Positions 30,569-40,848 of a stretch of 64,000 nucleotides of DNA are shown in pieces; the first letter of the stretch is position 1, and each line of letters opens with the position of its first letter. The position numbers and the translations under genes are program-made. Source of the DNA: Escherichia phage T2; sequence record NC_054931.1; one strand, given 5' to 3'. The notes under the pieces are model-generated. The model made no database searches and was not told the origin of the DNA. It saw only the letters and a program-made list of their open reading frames with translations.

Positions 30569-30958
30569 TTAACGATTAAAATCAGCCGCAATTGTTTCCG
30601 CAACAATTTGAGCAGCAACAATTAGACGTTCATCTGCATTACCGCAATAATCATCTTCAAGGCGTTCACCACATGAAGTCATAATAAATTTAGCACCGGC
30701 GTTTAGGGATTCTGTAGTATGTTTGCGCATTAGTTCAATCCATTTATTACTTACTTCACGATCGATAGCTTCATAATACGCATGACGAGCAGGTGCAGAT
30801 TTAATTTTGTTCTGAATAACTTCCATTGCGTTATCAGAAAGAGACAAAACCCATGCTCGACGAATTTTATTTTGGTTTTGTGGATTTGATTCAGAACGCA
30901 CGTGTTTTGGCTGAATATCTTTTACATCAACAGTATAATTCACAGTAATTTTAGTCAT
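30569..30958 (-). CDS. rpbA: RNA polymerase binding protein RpbA
   Basis: 129-aa ORF in rpbA position. Confidence 0.65.
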
Positions 30959-30967
30959 AATACACCT

Positions 30968-31156
30968 TTAGTCATAATAATCAGTAACAGTCCAAGCTTC
31001 ATTTCTATTGGACATTATTTTTGTATATTCTGCTTTAAATGCATTCCTAAGCATAGATTCAGTAACTATATGCTCTTCATTAGAAAAATTATTTCTCAGA
31101 ATATATCGTTTTATTTCAGGAATAGTTAATAGATGCTGTCCAGTTGAATATTCCAT
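30968..31156 (-). CDS. hypothetical protein
   Basis: 62-aa ORF. Confidence 0.35.
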   Translation of the reverse strand: MEYSTGQHLLTIPEIKRYILRNNFSNEEHIVTESMLRNAFKAEYTKIMSNRNEAWTVTDYYD

Positions 31157-31211
31157 GTTTTTCCTCCATAGAGATTATACTCTAATAAATTAAAGCATAA
31201 TCTCTTATAAA

Positions 31212-32894
31212 TTAAACCATTACAGTAAATCGACCAACTTTCTTCATTTGAAGATGCTGACCATATGCTTGCGGGTCATGGTCTCTATGCGAAATAACAA
31301 AAACATTAGTATTTTTTAAACTATCCAAAATAGTTGAAATAGCTTTTACACCTTCAACGTCGGTCGCTGAATCAAAAACTTCATCAAGAATTAGTGTGTT
31401 TATTTTAACACCTGAAACTTTTTCAGCAATATCACGCCAAGTAAATAAAAGAGCAATATCAATTCGTGCTTTTTCACCTTGACTGAATGAAGCATAACTA
31501 AAATCTTCGCGACCACGGGATTTAATTGTCTCATTAAATTCTTCATCTAATGTAAACACATAATCCGCTTCCATTATTTTAAGATAATGGTTAATCTGCT
31601 TATTAAATAATGGAATGTACTTTTTAATAATAGCACCTTTAATACCAGAATCTTTGAGCATATCAGTCAAAATTCCTCGGTGGTATTTTTCCATTACTAA
31701 ATTAGTTTTTGTCTTAACAATTTTATCAAGTTCTTCTTGAAGCAGTGCTATTTCATCAGCATGGTCAATAAACTCAGAAGATGCTTTTTCTATAGCCGCT
31801 TTAACTTTTTTAGCTTTATCTACTGCTGCGATCAAAGATTGCTTTTTATTGCGAATATCATTTGCCAACGACTGCTGGGTTTTAATATTATCTCGGTATT
31901 CATCAACAAGAACTTTTAAATTATCACGATGTGTTGAAAGCTGTTCAAAAGAATGCGTACATTCAGAAACTTTATCTTTAATTTTAGAAACAACTTTATC
32001 ACCGGAACTCAATTGTGACAAACAGGTTGGACATAATCCACCTTCGTGATACATATTAATGACTTTATTATACGAGTCAATTTTTGATTTAATTAAAACT
32101 GCTTCTTGACCGATTTTATTAAATGCATCAGTCGGGTCTTCGTCTAAAACAATATTAACTAATCTTTCATTAGCTTCTTCTATTTCCGATTTTAGCGTTC
32201 TAGCTTCTTTTGCCAAATCATCATACATATTTTGTAGACGAGTAAGGTTGTCACCAGTTAATTTTTTCTGGCGTTCAACGTTATCATTATATATTTTAAT
32301 TTGTTGGATAATACTATCTTTTTTAACATCAAGCACTTGGTTTTGTGAATTTAATTCACGTATTAGTGCTTTATTAAGCTTATCCATTTCAGCTAATGTT
32401 CCTACCTCAAGCAGGTCTTCCACAAGCTTTCTTCGTGCAGGGGTCGACAAACCCATGAAAGGGGTATACCCTGCTGTACCAAGGACAACAATCTGCTTGA
32501 AACTGGCATATGACATTCCGATAAGCTGTTCAAATTCTGCTTGGAAATCTTTACTGCTGGCAGATTCATTAAGACGTGTACCGTTAACGGTGATTTCGAA
32601 AACGTTTGGTTTTTGTCCTCTTTTGATATAGTACTTTTTCTCATCATATTCCATCCACAGTTCAACTAAAAGTTCTTTCTTATTTGTGCTGTTTATTAAT
32701 TGACCTTTCTTTACATCACGGAATGGCTTGCCAAAAAGCCCAAATGTGATGGCTTCTAACATAGTAGACTTACCACCGCCATTTCGTCCAGTAATAAGAG
32801 TTTTTTGAACCTTATCTAATTGAATGTCAACTCCATTTTGACCAACTGACATTATATTTTTATATTTTACTCTATTAAGTTTAAATGATTTCAT
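31212..32894 (-). CDS. 46: recombination nuclease subunit gp46 (Rad50/SbcC-like ATPase)
   Basis: 560-aa ORF; Walker A GRNGGGKST, coiled-coil centre, CPTC zinc hook, signature and Walker B LILDEVFD. Confidence 0.9.
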   Translation of the reverse strand: MKSFKLNRVKYKNIMSVGQNGVDIQLDKVQKTLITGRNGGGKSTMLEAITFGLFGKPFRDVKKGQLINSTNKKELLVELWMEYDEKKYYIKRGQKPNVFEITVNGTRLNESASSKDFQAEFEQLIGMSYASFKQIVVLGTAGYTPFMGLSTPARRKLVEDLLEVGTLAEMDKLNKALIRELNSQNQVLDVKKDSIIQQIKIYNDNVERQKKLTGDNLTRLQNMYDDLAKEARTLKSEIEEANERLVNIVLDEDPTDAFNKIGQEAVLIKSKIDSYNKVINMYHEGGLCPTCLSQLSSGDKVVSKIKDKVSECTHSFEQLSTHRDNLKVLVDEYRDNIKTQQSLANDIRNKKQSLIAAVDKAKKVKAAIEKASSEFIDHADEIALLQEELDKIVKTKTNLVMEKYHRGILTDMLKDSGIKGAIIKKYIPLFNKQINHYLKIMEADYVFTLDEEFNETIKSRGREDFSYASFSQGEKARIDIALLFTWRDIAEKVSGVKINTLILDEVFDSATDVEGVKAISTILDSLKNTNVFVISHRDHDPQAYGQHLQMKKVGRFTVMV

Positions 32895-32909
32895 TTTGTA
32901 TCCAATTGT

Positions 32910-33762
32910 TCACAATGAAGAAAATTCTTTAACTAAAGCCTGTAATGAAGCCTCTATTGGATATCCATTCTTAACTAACATTTTCCTAAACATCACATGT
33001 TTAGGACGATTATATGATATCCACAATTCATACAATTTATCTTTATTATCCCAATGATAGCCTTTTCGTCTAGATGCTATATGAGCTTTTCTAATCTCCG
33101 GATTTTTCCAACTAGCAGCTACTGAATTTGATATAGCTATTTTATATTCAGGTTGATAAAGCAGCACGAACAGCCTTTTGGTGTTTAATTTTATTTTCTT
33201 CGTTATTAAACCATTCCATTGAAGCCATTGAAATTTTTTGTTTTGTTTTAAAATTATTTAATCTTTCTTTGTTATCTTTCCTATTTTTTGCTACTGAAAA
33301 ATATTTTAATGCCCTTTCTCTAGCAGCATTTCTATTTTGTGGATTTGAATAATACTGTTGAAGCCTTTTTGATATTATGTCACTTACATCCTGTCTTATA
33401 AAACTATATTCAGCAGCTATTAAATCAACTTCGGCTAAAGATAAATTTTTATATGTTTTTCCTGACATCATTCTATTTAAAGCATTTAGCATTTTTCCAT
33501 TTTTACCTTTTGCTAATAAGAAATGTGCTTTGAAATGATTAAAATGACTTAAATTAACTAAATTCCATGTAGATTTTAAATATTCAGGAAATATTGATTT
33601 AGGAAGCACGTGGTGTGCTTCCGTTTTACCTGGAGTTTTAACAGTTGAATTCATAGAAATAAAATTAATGTAAGACTTGGCGTCTTCTTCACTCAACGCT
33701 AATTTTTCAACTAATTCCTTTATTAAAAATTCATCATTAATATCAAGTTTAAAATTCTTCAC
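32910..33762 (-). pseudogene. free-standing HNH homing endonuclease gene split by +1 frameshift
   Basis: 204-aa ORF with HH...N...H motif (EAHHVLPKS...WNLVNLSHFNHFKAH) plus overlapping 85-aa ORF carrying a repeat of the C-terminal motif; span is 3n+1. Confidence 0.5.
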
Positions 33763-34022
33763 AAAAGATTCCTTTTAATGTATCTTTTAGACCATTCTAT
33801 CATATCATCATAATCTAAAAAGTATTCATCAAATTCAGCCATGCAAACAACGCCTTGTGCTGTTTTTGATGTAATATAAATTATTCCAACATATCTAGAA
33901 TCTTCTTCGGTATAATCAATGTTTGCTATGAATTCATCATTAATGTCAAATGTCGAAAACTTCACAGTATGCATCCTTAATACAAGATACAGCCATATCT
34001 CGCAATGATTTAGGTGTGTCAT
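33759..34022 (-). CDS. hypothetical protein
   Basis: 87-aa ORF. Confidence 0.35.
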   Translation of the reverse strand: MTHLNHCEIWLYLVLRMHTVKFSTFDINDEFIANIDYTEEDSRYVGIIYITSKTAQGVVCMAEFDEYFLDYDDMIEWSKRYIKRNLL

Positions 34023-34209
34023 TATCTAAAATGTTGAAGTTAAAGGATACAGCCCAGTCAGTGCAGACCGTAACCTTTTTAATACAATTATCTTCAACCT
34101 CTAGCGGTTCAAACCAATATTCAATAATTTCTTTATGCCCAATATCATCTTTTACTTCACATTCAAAGTGCTGACTCATCATAACATTTTTAAATTCATC
34201 AAAAGTCAT
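33946..34209 (-). CDS. hypothetical protein
   Basis: 87-aa ORF. Confidence 0.35.
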   Translation of the reverse strand: MTFDEFKNVMMSQHFECEVKDDIGHKEIIEYWFEPLEVEDNCIKKVTVCTDWAVSFNFNILDNDTPKSLRDMAVSCIKDAYCEVFDI

Positions 34210-35225
34210 TGTGTTGCCTCTACATATAGCTGATTTGCATATTGAATAAGTGCTTCACGGTCAGAATCAGTGATGTCTGGAATTGCATTAATGTATTCTT
34301 CCATCAATGTCTGAAGCGATTGAACTTCAACTTCTTCACTGTCATCTGACTCGACAGAGTTATCAATCTTTGACACAACTCGTAATGAATGCACAACTTT
34401 CTCTAGTTCAGATTCGAACTTCGTCAGATTTTTGTCTACTTCAGTTACTATAACACGTACTGATAGATTTGTAAAATCTTTATAGTCAATTTTTCCTTTA
34501 AATGGATAATGAATTCTACGATGCCAGGTAGTATTGTTTGGAATAAATTCCATTCGTTCTGTTTCTGTATCAAACATCCAGAACCCACGAGGGTCATTCT
34601 CGTCACCTGCAGTTAGTGTCCATGGTGTCCCAATATATCTGACGTTTGCAGCCTCAGAAATAGTATGGAAGTGACCAGACCACACTTCTTTATAAGTCTT
34701 AAGGAAATCAGGTTCAAGACCATGAGATTTCATTCCTTTATAAAAATAAAATCCATTCAGTTCCCAGTGACCGACGCAAAAAGAAGCAGATGAAGTTTTG
34801 ATGTGTTCAAGAATTTCACCAGTATTTTCTTCGCACATCCAAGGAATCAAATCAATCAAACATCCGTCAAAATCTACTGTAGTAGGCTTATCATATACTT
34901 TAACATTAGGATATTTAGCCAAAAGCTCAGTAGAGGCATTTGGATGCATTACATTTTTATAGTGGAGATCGTGATTTCCTACAATAGTATGTAATGTAAT
35001 TCCAGCATCATCAAGCGTTTGAACTATTTCACGGGCGAACTCCATAGTTTTGTGTGTGATTGCTTTTCGCACATCAAAAATATCACCGTATTGAATCCAT
35101 GTAGTAATTCCATTTTTCTTAGAATATTCTATTGCTTGTTTAATTCCATCAATTTGAATACCGCGAATCCACTCATCATCAGCTTTAACGCCTAAATGCC
35201 AATCACCTAAATTTAAAATTTTCAT
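34206..35225 (-). CDS. 47: recombination nuclease subunit gp47 (Mre11/SbcD-like phosphoesterase)
   Basis: 339-aa ORF; metallophosphatase motifs DWHLG, GDIFD, GNHD. Confidence 0.9.
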   Translation of the reverse strand: MKILNLGDWHLGVKADDEWIRGIQIDGIKQAIEYSKKNGITTWIQYGDIFDVRKAITHKTMEFAREIVQTLDDAGITLHTIVGNHDLHYKNVMHPNASTELLAKYPNVKVYDKPTTVDFDGCLIDLIPWMCEENTGEILEHIKTSSASFCVGHWELNGFYFYKGMKSHGLEPDFLKTYKEVWSGHFHTISEAANVRYIGTPWTLTAGDENDPRGFWMFDTETERMEFIPNNTTWHRRIHYPFKGKIDYKDFTNLSVRVIVTEVDKNLTKFESELEKVVHSLRVVSKIDNSVESDDSEEVEVQSLQTLMEEYINAIPDITDSDREALIQYANQLYVEATQ

Positions 35226-35385
35226 ATATCAAGAACCGTCATTGAAATGCAAAATAAAATTATTGAAATAAATCCATCTGGAGTACTAAAGAACCCAATC
35301 CAACATGCTCTAGTGAATAGATAAAATGCAAGAAAAAGTATCACATATCCAAGAAATATCATTATATCAAACTCCGTATAAAGCT

Positions 35386-35403
35386 AAAGGGCCGAAGCCC
35401 TTT
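35386..35403 (-). terminator. C(UUCG)G hairpin after alpha-gt
   Basis: aaagggc-cgaa-gcccttt inverted repeat. Confidence 0.45.
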
Positions 35404-36604
35404 ATTTTGTAATAATGTCAAACTGTTCTTTAAAGCAGAAGCTTGAATCTTGATGCTGATACAAAAATTCATATGCTTTTTCACGTTCGCGGTCATAAAG
35501 AGTTCGGTCAGATGACAGTTCTTTAATACGCTCGAATGTTGATTCCATGTCATTTTCATCAAACCAAATGATACCGCTATCATGCGAGGTCAAAGGAGTA
35601 TTATCAACACGGAATTTTAAATTATCACCCGTTGATTTCCAGAAAACAGGAATTGTTCCACATGCACCAAGCTCGAGATGAGTATATTCTAAAGAACGTT
35701 GTAGATATTTTTTGTCCAACTTACTCAACTGATAACCAAATCCGGATTTACTCATGCGTTCAAGCATTTCGCTATTTACATAACGGTCAAGAATTTGCGT
35801 TGGTAAATTAGGAGCAATTTTAATTTGGTCTACTTGATGAAGACGATAATACTCGTATGGAATTCCTTTTTCTTTAATAGGAATGAACGCTGGAGAACGT
35901 TCCAGACCTTCCATAATAGTACTTAGTCCTGCAGGTTTAAGATGTTTTTCGTGAAAATCAAACATCTGATAAAAACCTTTCCATGTAGTCGTACGACCAA
36001 TCCAACGGTTGATATTCATGTTAATTTCAGAAACATCTTTCCAGTAGGTTGACCGAACCTTCGCAATATCCATAGGAGGCTGAAAGTTATATACTGTCGG
36101 CGCTTCTTCAATATCATCAAACAGAGAAACAGTTTCTGGATACCATTCTTTCATCAGAACTTTATTAAAATCACCATTATCAGAATGGCTAAAAATAACA
36201 TCAGCTCGACGAACAGTTTCTTCTAATCCCAAATTTCGACGCAAAGAAAGAGAAGAATGGTCATGTTGATAAACTACAACACGAACCGAAGGTTTAATGT
36301 TATCAATAATTTTTTTATAGTTATTAATAGTGTCTTCTTCAACTGAAGTAGCAGGAACTGAATTGATAATTAGAATATCACAATCATTTACCAGCTTAAG
36401 TGTTTTATCGTATTCTTTTGCCAATAAAACCGGAATTGAAAATGATTTATAATCATGCGCACAGTTACGAGTAAATGATTTATCTTTAGCATAAACCAAA
36501 GTTACTTCATGACCATTTTTAATAAACCAATCACGTTGCTCAAGAGAAAATTTAGTTACACCGCAACCTTCAAGACCTCGAGCCATAAAAATACATACTT
36601 TCAT
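35402..36604 (-). CDS. agt: DNA alpha-glucosyltransferase
   Basis: 400-aa ORF; length and position equal T4 alpha-gt. Confidence 0.8.
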   Translation of the reverse strand: MKVCIFMARGLEGCGVTKFSLEQRDWFIKNGHEVTLVYAKDKSFTRNCAHDYKSFSIPVLLAKEYDKTLKLVNDCDILIINSVPATSVEEDTINNYKKIIDNIKPSVRVVVYQHDHSSLSLRRNLGLEETVRRADVIFSHSDNGDFNKVLMKEWYPETVSLFDDIEEAPTVYNFQPPMDIAKVRSTYWKDVSEINMNINRWIGRTTTWKGFYQMFDFHEKHLKPAGLSTIMEGLERSPAFIPIKEKGIPYEYYRLHQVDQIKIAPNLPTQILDRYVNSEMLERMSKSGFGYQLSKLDKKYLQRSLEYTHLELGACGTIPVFWKSTGDNLKFRVDNTPLTSHDSGIIWFDENDMESTFERIKELSSDRTLYDREREKAYEFLYQHQDSSFCFKEQFDIITK

Positions 36605-36655
36605 TTAATATCCTCATTGTTTTGGTTTATTTTACCAAAAATTTATAAAGCAATA

Positions 36656-36673
36656 TAGGAGCCGAAGCTCCTA
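36656..36673 (-). terminator. C(UUCG)G hairpin upstream of alpha-gt
   Basis: taggagc-cgaa-gctccta inverted repeat. Confidence 0.4.
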
Positions 36674-36847
36674 TCCGCATAATACGCCATACAAAGGCTC
36701 ATTAGAGCTTCTAAATTTTATGCGCTTATATGTTATAGTTCCTTCTGCTTTAGCTTTATCATGAGACTCTTTAAAGCGTCTCATCATTTCCTCTTTAGAG
36801 GAACGAATTTTATTATAATCTATTTCAGAAGTCTGGATGTTCATCTT

Positions 36848-37054
36848 TCATAACTGCCACCATTTTTTAACTTGATAAGAATCAACCCACACTTTCATAT
36901 TAGGGTCTGCTCTTACAATAGGAGGATTAACTTCTTTAATTGAACTATCACGGTATTCTTTTTCAGAAATTTTCACACAAAGATGACCATTCAAAGATTC
37001 AGTAAATCCTGCATTAATTTTAAGACGCTTGAATTTTACGCGTGTAAGCATCAA
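36848..37054 (-). CDS. hypothetical protein
   Basis: 68-aa ORF. Confidence 0.3.
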   Translation of the reverse strand: MMLTRVKFKRLKINAGFTESLNGHLCVKISEKEYRDSSIKEVNPPIVRADPNMKVWVDSYQVKKWWQL

Positions 37055-37337
37055 TCATATCCTCAATCTGCGATCTAGTAGTCTTCCAAAGAATACTAAT
37101 GAGTTCATCTTTATATGGCTGTTTTAGAATATCCCGACTTTTCTTGATAGCATATTCGTATTGAGCAAAATTATTATTTTCAGCTGCAATCTGAGCGTGC
37201 TTATAAAGACGATTCAGTTCGCGTTTGTTTTTAGACAATAACTTATTTGCTTTTCTTTCTGCTTCAAGACGGTTCTTTTCTTCAATAGAAGAAATAAGCT
37301 TTTCCACTTCATCATTAATTTCGGGTTTATCAGTCAT
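37020..37337 (-). CDS. hypothetical protein
   Basis: 105-aa ORF. Confidence 0.35.
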   Translation of the reverse strand: MTDKPEINDEVEKLISSIEEKNRLEAERKANKLLSKNKRELNRLYKHAQIAAENNNFAQYEYAIKKSRDILKQPYKDELISILWKTTRSQIEDMIDAYTRKIQAS

Positions 37338-37338
37338 A

Positions 37339-37557
37339 TTATTTCTCTAATATAAAATAAAAATCATCATCTGTTAAATGATACCGATAGTTTAATTCTA
37401 CACCATTAGATTTAAAAGCGGTATCATACGGATTTTCTGGATCAATATCAATGTCAAGAGATAAAACTTCCCTGAGATACATTTTAAGTAAATAGGGAAT
37501 AGCTTCAACTTCAGGTATTTCTTCCAAGAATCCGGAGAGGTTAATCGTTAGCCTCAT
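37339..37557 (-). CDS. hypothetical protein
   Basis: 72-aa ORF. Confidence 0.35.
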
Positions 37558-38098
37558 ATAAAAAATCCAAACTAGGAGAATCGTCTACAACACTTTTCTT
37601 TTCAGCCCCCGGTGTTCTATAGGTTGATTCTTCGTAATGCGTCATTTTATCATAGATGTCTTGAATAAAAGTTTCATCTACTAACGCAACCATATCGTCG
37701 TCACGACTGTCATAGACATTGTGAACGAAGTAACTATATTTCTTTGCAACTTCCTTACGTTCTTTTTTAATACGTTGGACGAATGCATTAAAACAAGCTT
37801 GAGTTATATACGCATGTGGGTTTTTATATTTCGTTTCATCAAAATTGTGAAGCCCCTTAATAGAAGCTTCTATACCATCTGCAATCATTTCTTGTTTCCA
37901 AGACTGGGTGTATCCTGAAAAGTTGAAACGTTTAGATAAGCCTTCTGCAATAAGCATAATGGCTAATCCGATAGTATCATTTTGACGAACTACTTTATTT
38001 GGGTCTTTATTATTTGCTAATTCTGTTTTCCAATCAATAATAGCTTGTAAAAGCTCTTTATTGTTTACGTAATTATATTTAGGCTTAGTTTCTGACAT
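37541..38098 (-). CDS. 55: late-transcription sigma factor gp55
   Basis: ATG at 38098 with SD gaggtga gives 185 aa as in T4 gp55. Confidence 0.85.
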
Positions 38099-38180
38099 TT
38101 TCACCTCTTAGCTCAATTCATAGATCTATTATATCATAATATTTGAAGATCTATCTTAAAGCATAGAGGATGAATCAATT

Positions 38181-38396
38181 TCAAGAATTCATCAGCTTAG
38201 CCGCTCCAAGAGCTGCATCTAGTGAATCAAATTGGTCAACATATTCAATTAATTCACCGTAATTAGCGTATAACCACCATTGGCTAAATTCATACTCAAG
38301 GATGAATCCGTTTCCTTCAATTTGAATTAAACCAATGCCATTTGTATTTACTTCATATCCAGCAAGACGCAAATCGTTAATAAGAGCTTCGTTCAT
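38181..38396 (-). CDS. hypothetical protein
   Basis: 71-aa ORF. Confidence 0.35.
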   Translation of the reverse strand: MNEALINDLRLAGYEVNTNGIGLIQIEGNGFILEYEFSQWWLYANYGELIEYVDQFDSLDAALGAAKLMNS

Positions 38397-38398
38397 AA

Positions 38399-38725
38399 TT
38401 ATACCTTAGTAATTTTCAGGTCTGCAAATTTTTTCTTGCGTTGATTTTTCATGCGACGAATAGTTTTATCGGAAATTTCATGCTTTTGATAAGCTTTAGA
38501 TTCTACACCAAAAGCTTTAACATCAAATTCTGACAAGATATATTGAACCAACAATTCACGGACAGTATTGCGTCCAATCTTCTGATCATTCTGTTTCATC
38601 GTCTGATGAAGCTCTTTTTCCCATTTATCCAAAATTTGAGGAGTTACAATATCGCCTTTTTCTAACAAAGAAACTACTTTATCATATGCGTAAGAATTGA
38701 TGGCGTTTTTAATTTGAATAGTCAT
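38399..38725 (-). CDS. hypothetical protein
   Basis: 108-aa ORF. Confidence 0.35.
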   Translation of the reverse strand: MTIQIKNAINSYAYDKVVSLLEKGDIVTPQILDKWEKELHQTMKQNDQKIGRNTVRELLVQYILSEFDVKAFGVESKAYQKHEISDKTIRRMKNQRKKKFADLKITKV

Positions 38726-38763
38726 ACATTATCCTCAATTACGTTAAAATTTTATTATCCAAA

Positions 38764-38779
38764 AAGGGCCGAAGCCCTT
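38764..38779 (-). terminator. C(UUCG)G hairpin
   Basis: aagggc-cgaa-gccctt inverted repeat. Confidence 0.4.
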
Positions 38780-38978
38780 AGCTAAACTTTTTGGCACCCT
38801 TCCAGCCTTCATACATCATTGCGGCTGATATTAATATTGCTCCTGAGCAACTTGAATATTTGTGATTCCAAAACCAGTTTAGAAAAACTTCGTCATCAAT
38901 ACCTTGGGCTATCATATTTTCAAAGAACTGACGACGAGCTTCGGCAATTCGCTGCGATAATTTAGATTCAGGATTCAT
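38778..38978 (-). CDS. hypothetical protein
   Basis: 66-aa ORF. Confidence 0.3.
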   Translation of the reverse strand: MNPESKLSQRIAEARRQFFENMIAQGIDDEVFLNWFWNHKYSSCSGAILISAAMMYEGWKGAKKFS

Positions 38979-39194
38979 TTAAATTTCCCAATTTCCATTT
39001 TCATCAATAAATTTAATCCAGTCATTTACTGACCACTTGGTCGTATCACCCTTTGGAGTAACATTTAAAGTGTATAGCCCTTGCTTAAAAAGCATGCGTT
39101 TGATATTCATATTTTCCTCAGCTGTAACGATAACACTCGTTTGATTTACGTTTAGCAACTCGTTGAGAAGTATTATAATCAAAATCATCGTCAA
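38979..39194 (-). CDS. hypothetical protein
   Basis: 71-aa ORF. Confidence 0.3.
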   Translation of the reverse strand: MTMILIIILLNELLNVNQTSVIVTAEENMNIKRMLFKQGLYTLNVTPKGDTTKWSVNDWIKFIDENGNWEI

Positions 39195-39456
39195 TGTAAA
39201 CTGATTTTTTCAACTTTCTTACTTCACCGCGTAATTGACGATTTAGCTCATCTTTAACTTCTGAATCAATACCTTTCATTCTACGCCATTTATCTGAGCG
39301 AAAAATGTTTTCAACCATATCTTTATGACTTACACCATCAGGAGCTTTACGCTTTCCAAAATAGTCATAATCACGCACTTTTAAGTCTTTACGACGATAC
39401 GTTTTACCCATGGAGTTTAATTTCCTTAGCAACTGAACTAAATACAGCACGATCAC
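39118..39456 (-). CDS. hypothetical basic protein
   Basis: 112-aa ORF. Confidence 0.3.
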   Translation of the reverse strand: MIVLYLVQLLRKLNSMGKTYRRKDLKVRDYDYFGKRKAPDGVSHKDMVENIFRSDKWRRMKGIDSEVKDELNRQLRGEVRKLKKSVYIDDDFDYNTSQRVAKRKSNECYRYS

Positions 39457-39610
39457 AAATCATACGTTTGTTCCATTTAATCACAGTATAATGAACATCT
39501 AAATCATCGACTGCTGTAACGATAACGATATGTCCGTTAACACGATAATACTGGTCAATTTTAATCTCTTTATCAACCATATCAATTCCTCAAAGGTAAT
39601 TCATATGTTA

Positions 39611-39640
39611 ATAATACCATAGTTTGAACTTGTTGTAAAC
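39611..39640 (-). promoter_or_regulatory. T4-type early promoter
   Basis: gtaaac 39635-39640, -10 TATTAT, UP-like aaaatatttttcacaaagttgtttac context. Confidence 0.5.
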
Positions 39641-39738
39641 AACTTTGTGAAAAATATTTTAGGGAATGATAAGAAAGGAACGATAGCTTAGAATGGTAAT
39701 ATACAGAATGTGAGAAAGAAAGGCCCAGAGGGCCCGTC

Positions 39739-40047
39739 TTAATCTTCTATGATATCTCTATCATATCCAAGTGAAATGAGAGTTTCTTTGAAGTGTTTAA
39801 TGTTCTTTTGTCTAGAATCATTAATGAAAATGACTGGATAACGAATGTTAAGAGATGTGAATCCAGCGCGTTTAGCAAGAGATACAATCAGTGGACGATC
39901 ATACTCAATCTTACCATTATTTGTAAGAACTTTATAGAAAGTAAAAGGAGCATTGAGCTCCTTTAGAAGTTTTGTAACTGATTGACATCCAGGACAACGA
40001 CCTACTTCATCTGGAATTCCATAGACTTCAATCTTATTTTGTTTCAC
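39739..40047 (-). CDS. nrdH: NrdH-like glutaredoxin
   Basis: 102-aa ORF with CPGC redox motif. Confidence 0.7.
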   Translation of the reverse strand: MKQNKIEVYGIPDEVGRCPGCQSVTKLLKELNAPFTFYKVLTNNGKIEYDRPLIVSLAKRAGFTSLNIRYPVIFINDSRQKNIKHFKETLISLGYDRDIIED

Positions 40048-40049
40048 AA

Positions 40050-40262
40050 CTATTCCTTACTAAGAGCAGCATTCAGCTTGTTAGTAATTTTATCCAGGCG
40101 CTCATTGAACTCACTGGAAGATAAGCCCTTTTCTGGAGAAATTAAACTAATCACGAAAAATATAGCAATAAAAGGAATAAGGAAAATAGCTCCAACTGCC
40201 ATAAACAGAAAGAATGTTACAGTTGTAAGAAAATCAGCTAAACCTTTACGAAATTTATACAT
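40050..40262 (-). CDS. small membrane protein
   Basis: 70-aa ORF with a long hydrophobic segment. Confidence 0.35.
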   Translation of the reverse strand: MYKFRKGLADFLTTVTFFLFMAVGAIFLIPFIAIFFVISLISPEKGLSSSEFNERLDKITNKLNAALSKE

Positions 40263-40377
40263 ATTTTACCCTTAATTAATTAACCAAGCATTGATAAGCA
40301 CTAAACTATATTGGGAATAAAATTCTGGACCAAAATGAAAAATCATATCATTTATAGTATCCATAATGTAATTCAAT

Positions 40378-40848
40378 TTAATCATGTTTCCACACCCCAT
40401 CGGTATTTGACCAAAGTCGCTGATTATCTGATCCTCGCCACAGCTTTTTAGTCGGAAGATTTTTCTCATACTTCCCATCAATAATAACATCAACATATTT
40501 AAGCATTTCTAGTTGTTTAATATCTTCAAACTTATATCCTGTCCACAACCAAATGCTTTTATTGGGATAAAGATTTTTTACTGTTTGAACAATGCAATGA
40601 ATGACATCTCGATTATCCGGATAGAGAGGGTCTCCTCCAGTTATAGTCAATCCTTCTATATAATCATTATTCAAACATTCAATTAATTGTTCTAGTGTTT
40701 CACCAGTGAATGGAATACCATTTCTAGCATTCCATGTTGATTTATTATAACACCCTTCACATTTATGCAAACAACCTGTAACGAAAAGAACGACCCTGCA
40801 ACCAGGGCCATTCACAAAATCGCAAGGATAAAATCTATCATAATTCAT
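40378..40848 (-). CDS. nrdG: anaerobic ribonucleotide reductase activating protein NrdG (radical SAM)
   Basis: 156-aa ORF; CxxxCxxC cluster motif CLHKCEGC. Confidence 0.85.
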   Translation of the reverse strand: MNYDRFYPCDFVNGPGCRVVLFVTGCLHKCEGCYNKSTWNARNGIPFTGETLEQLIECLNNDYIEGLTITGGDPLYPDNRDVIHCIVQTVKNLYPNKSIWLWTGYKFEDIKQLEMLKYVDVIIDGKYEKNLPTKKLWRGSDNQRLWSNTDGVWKHD

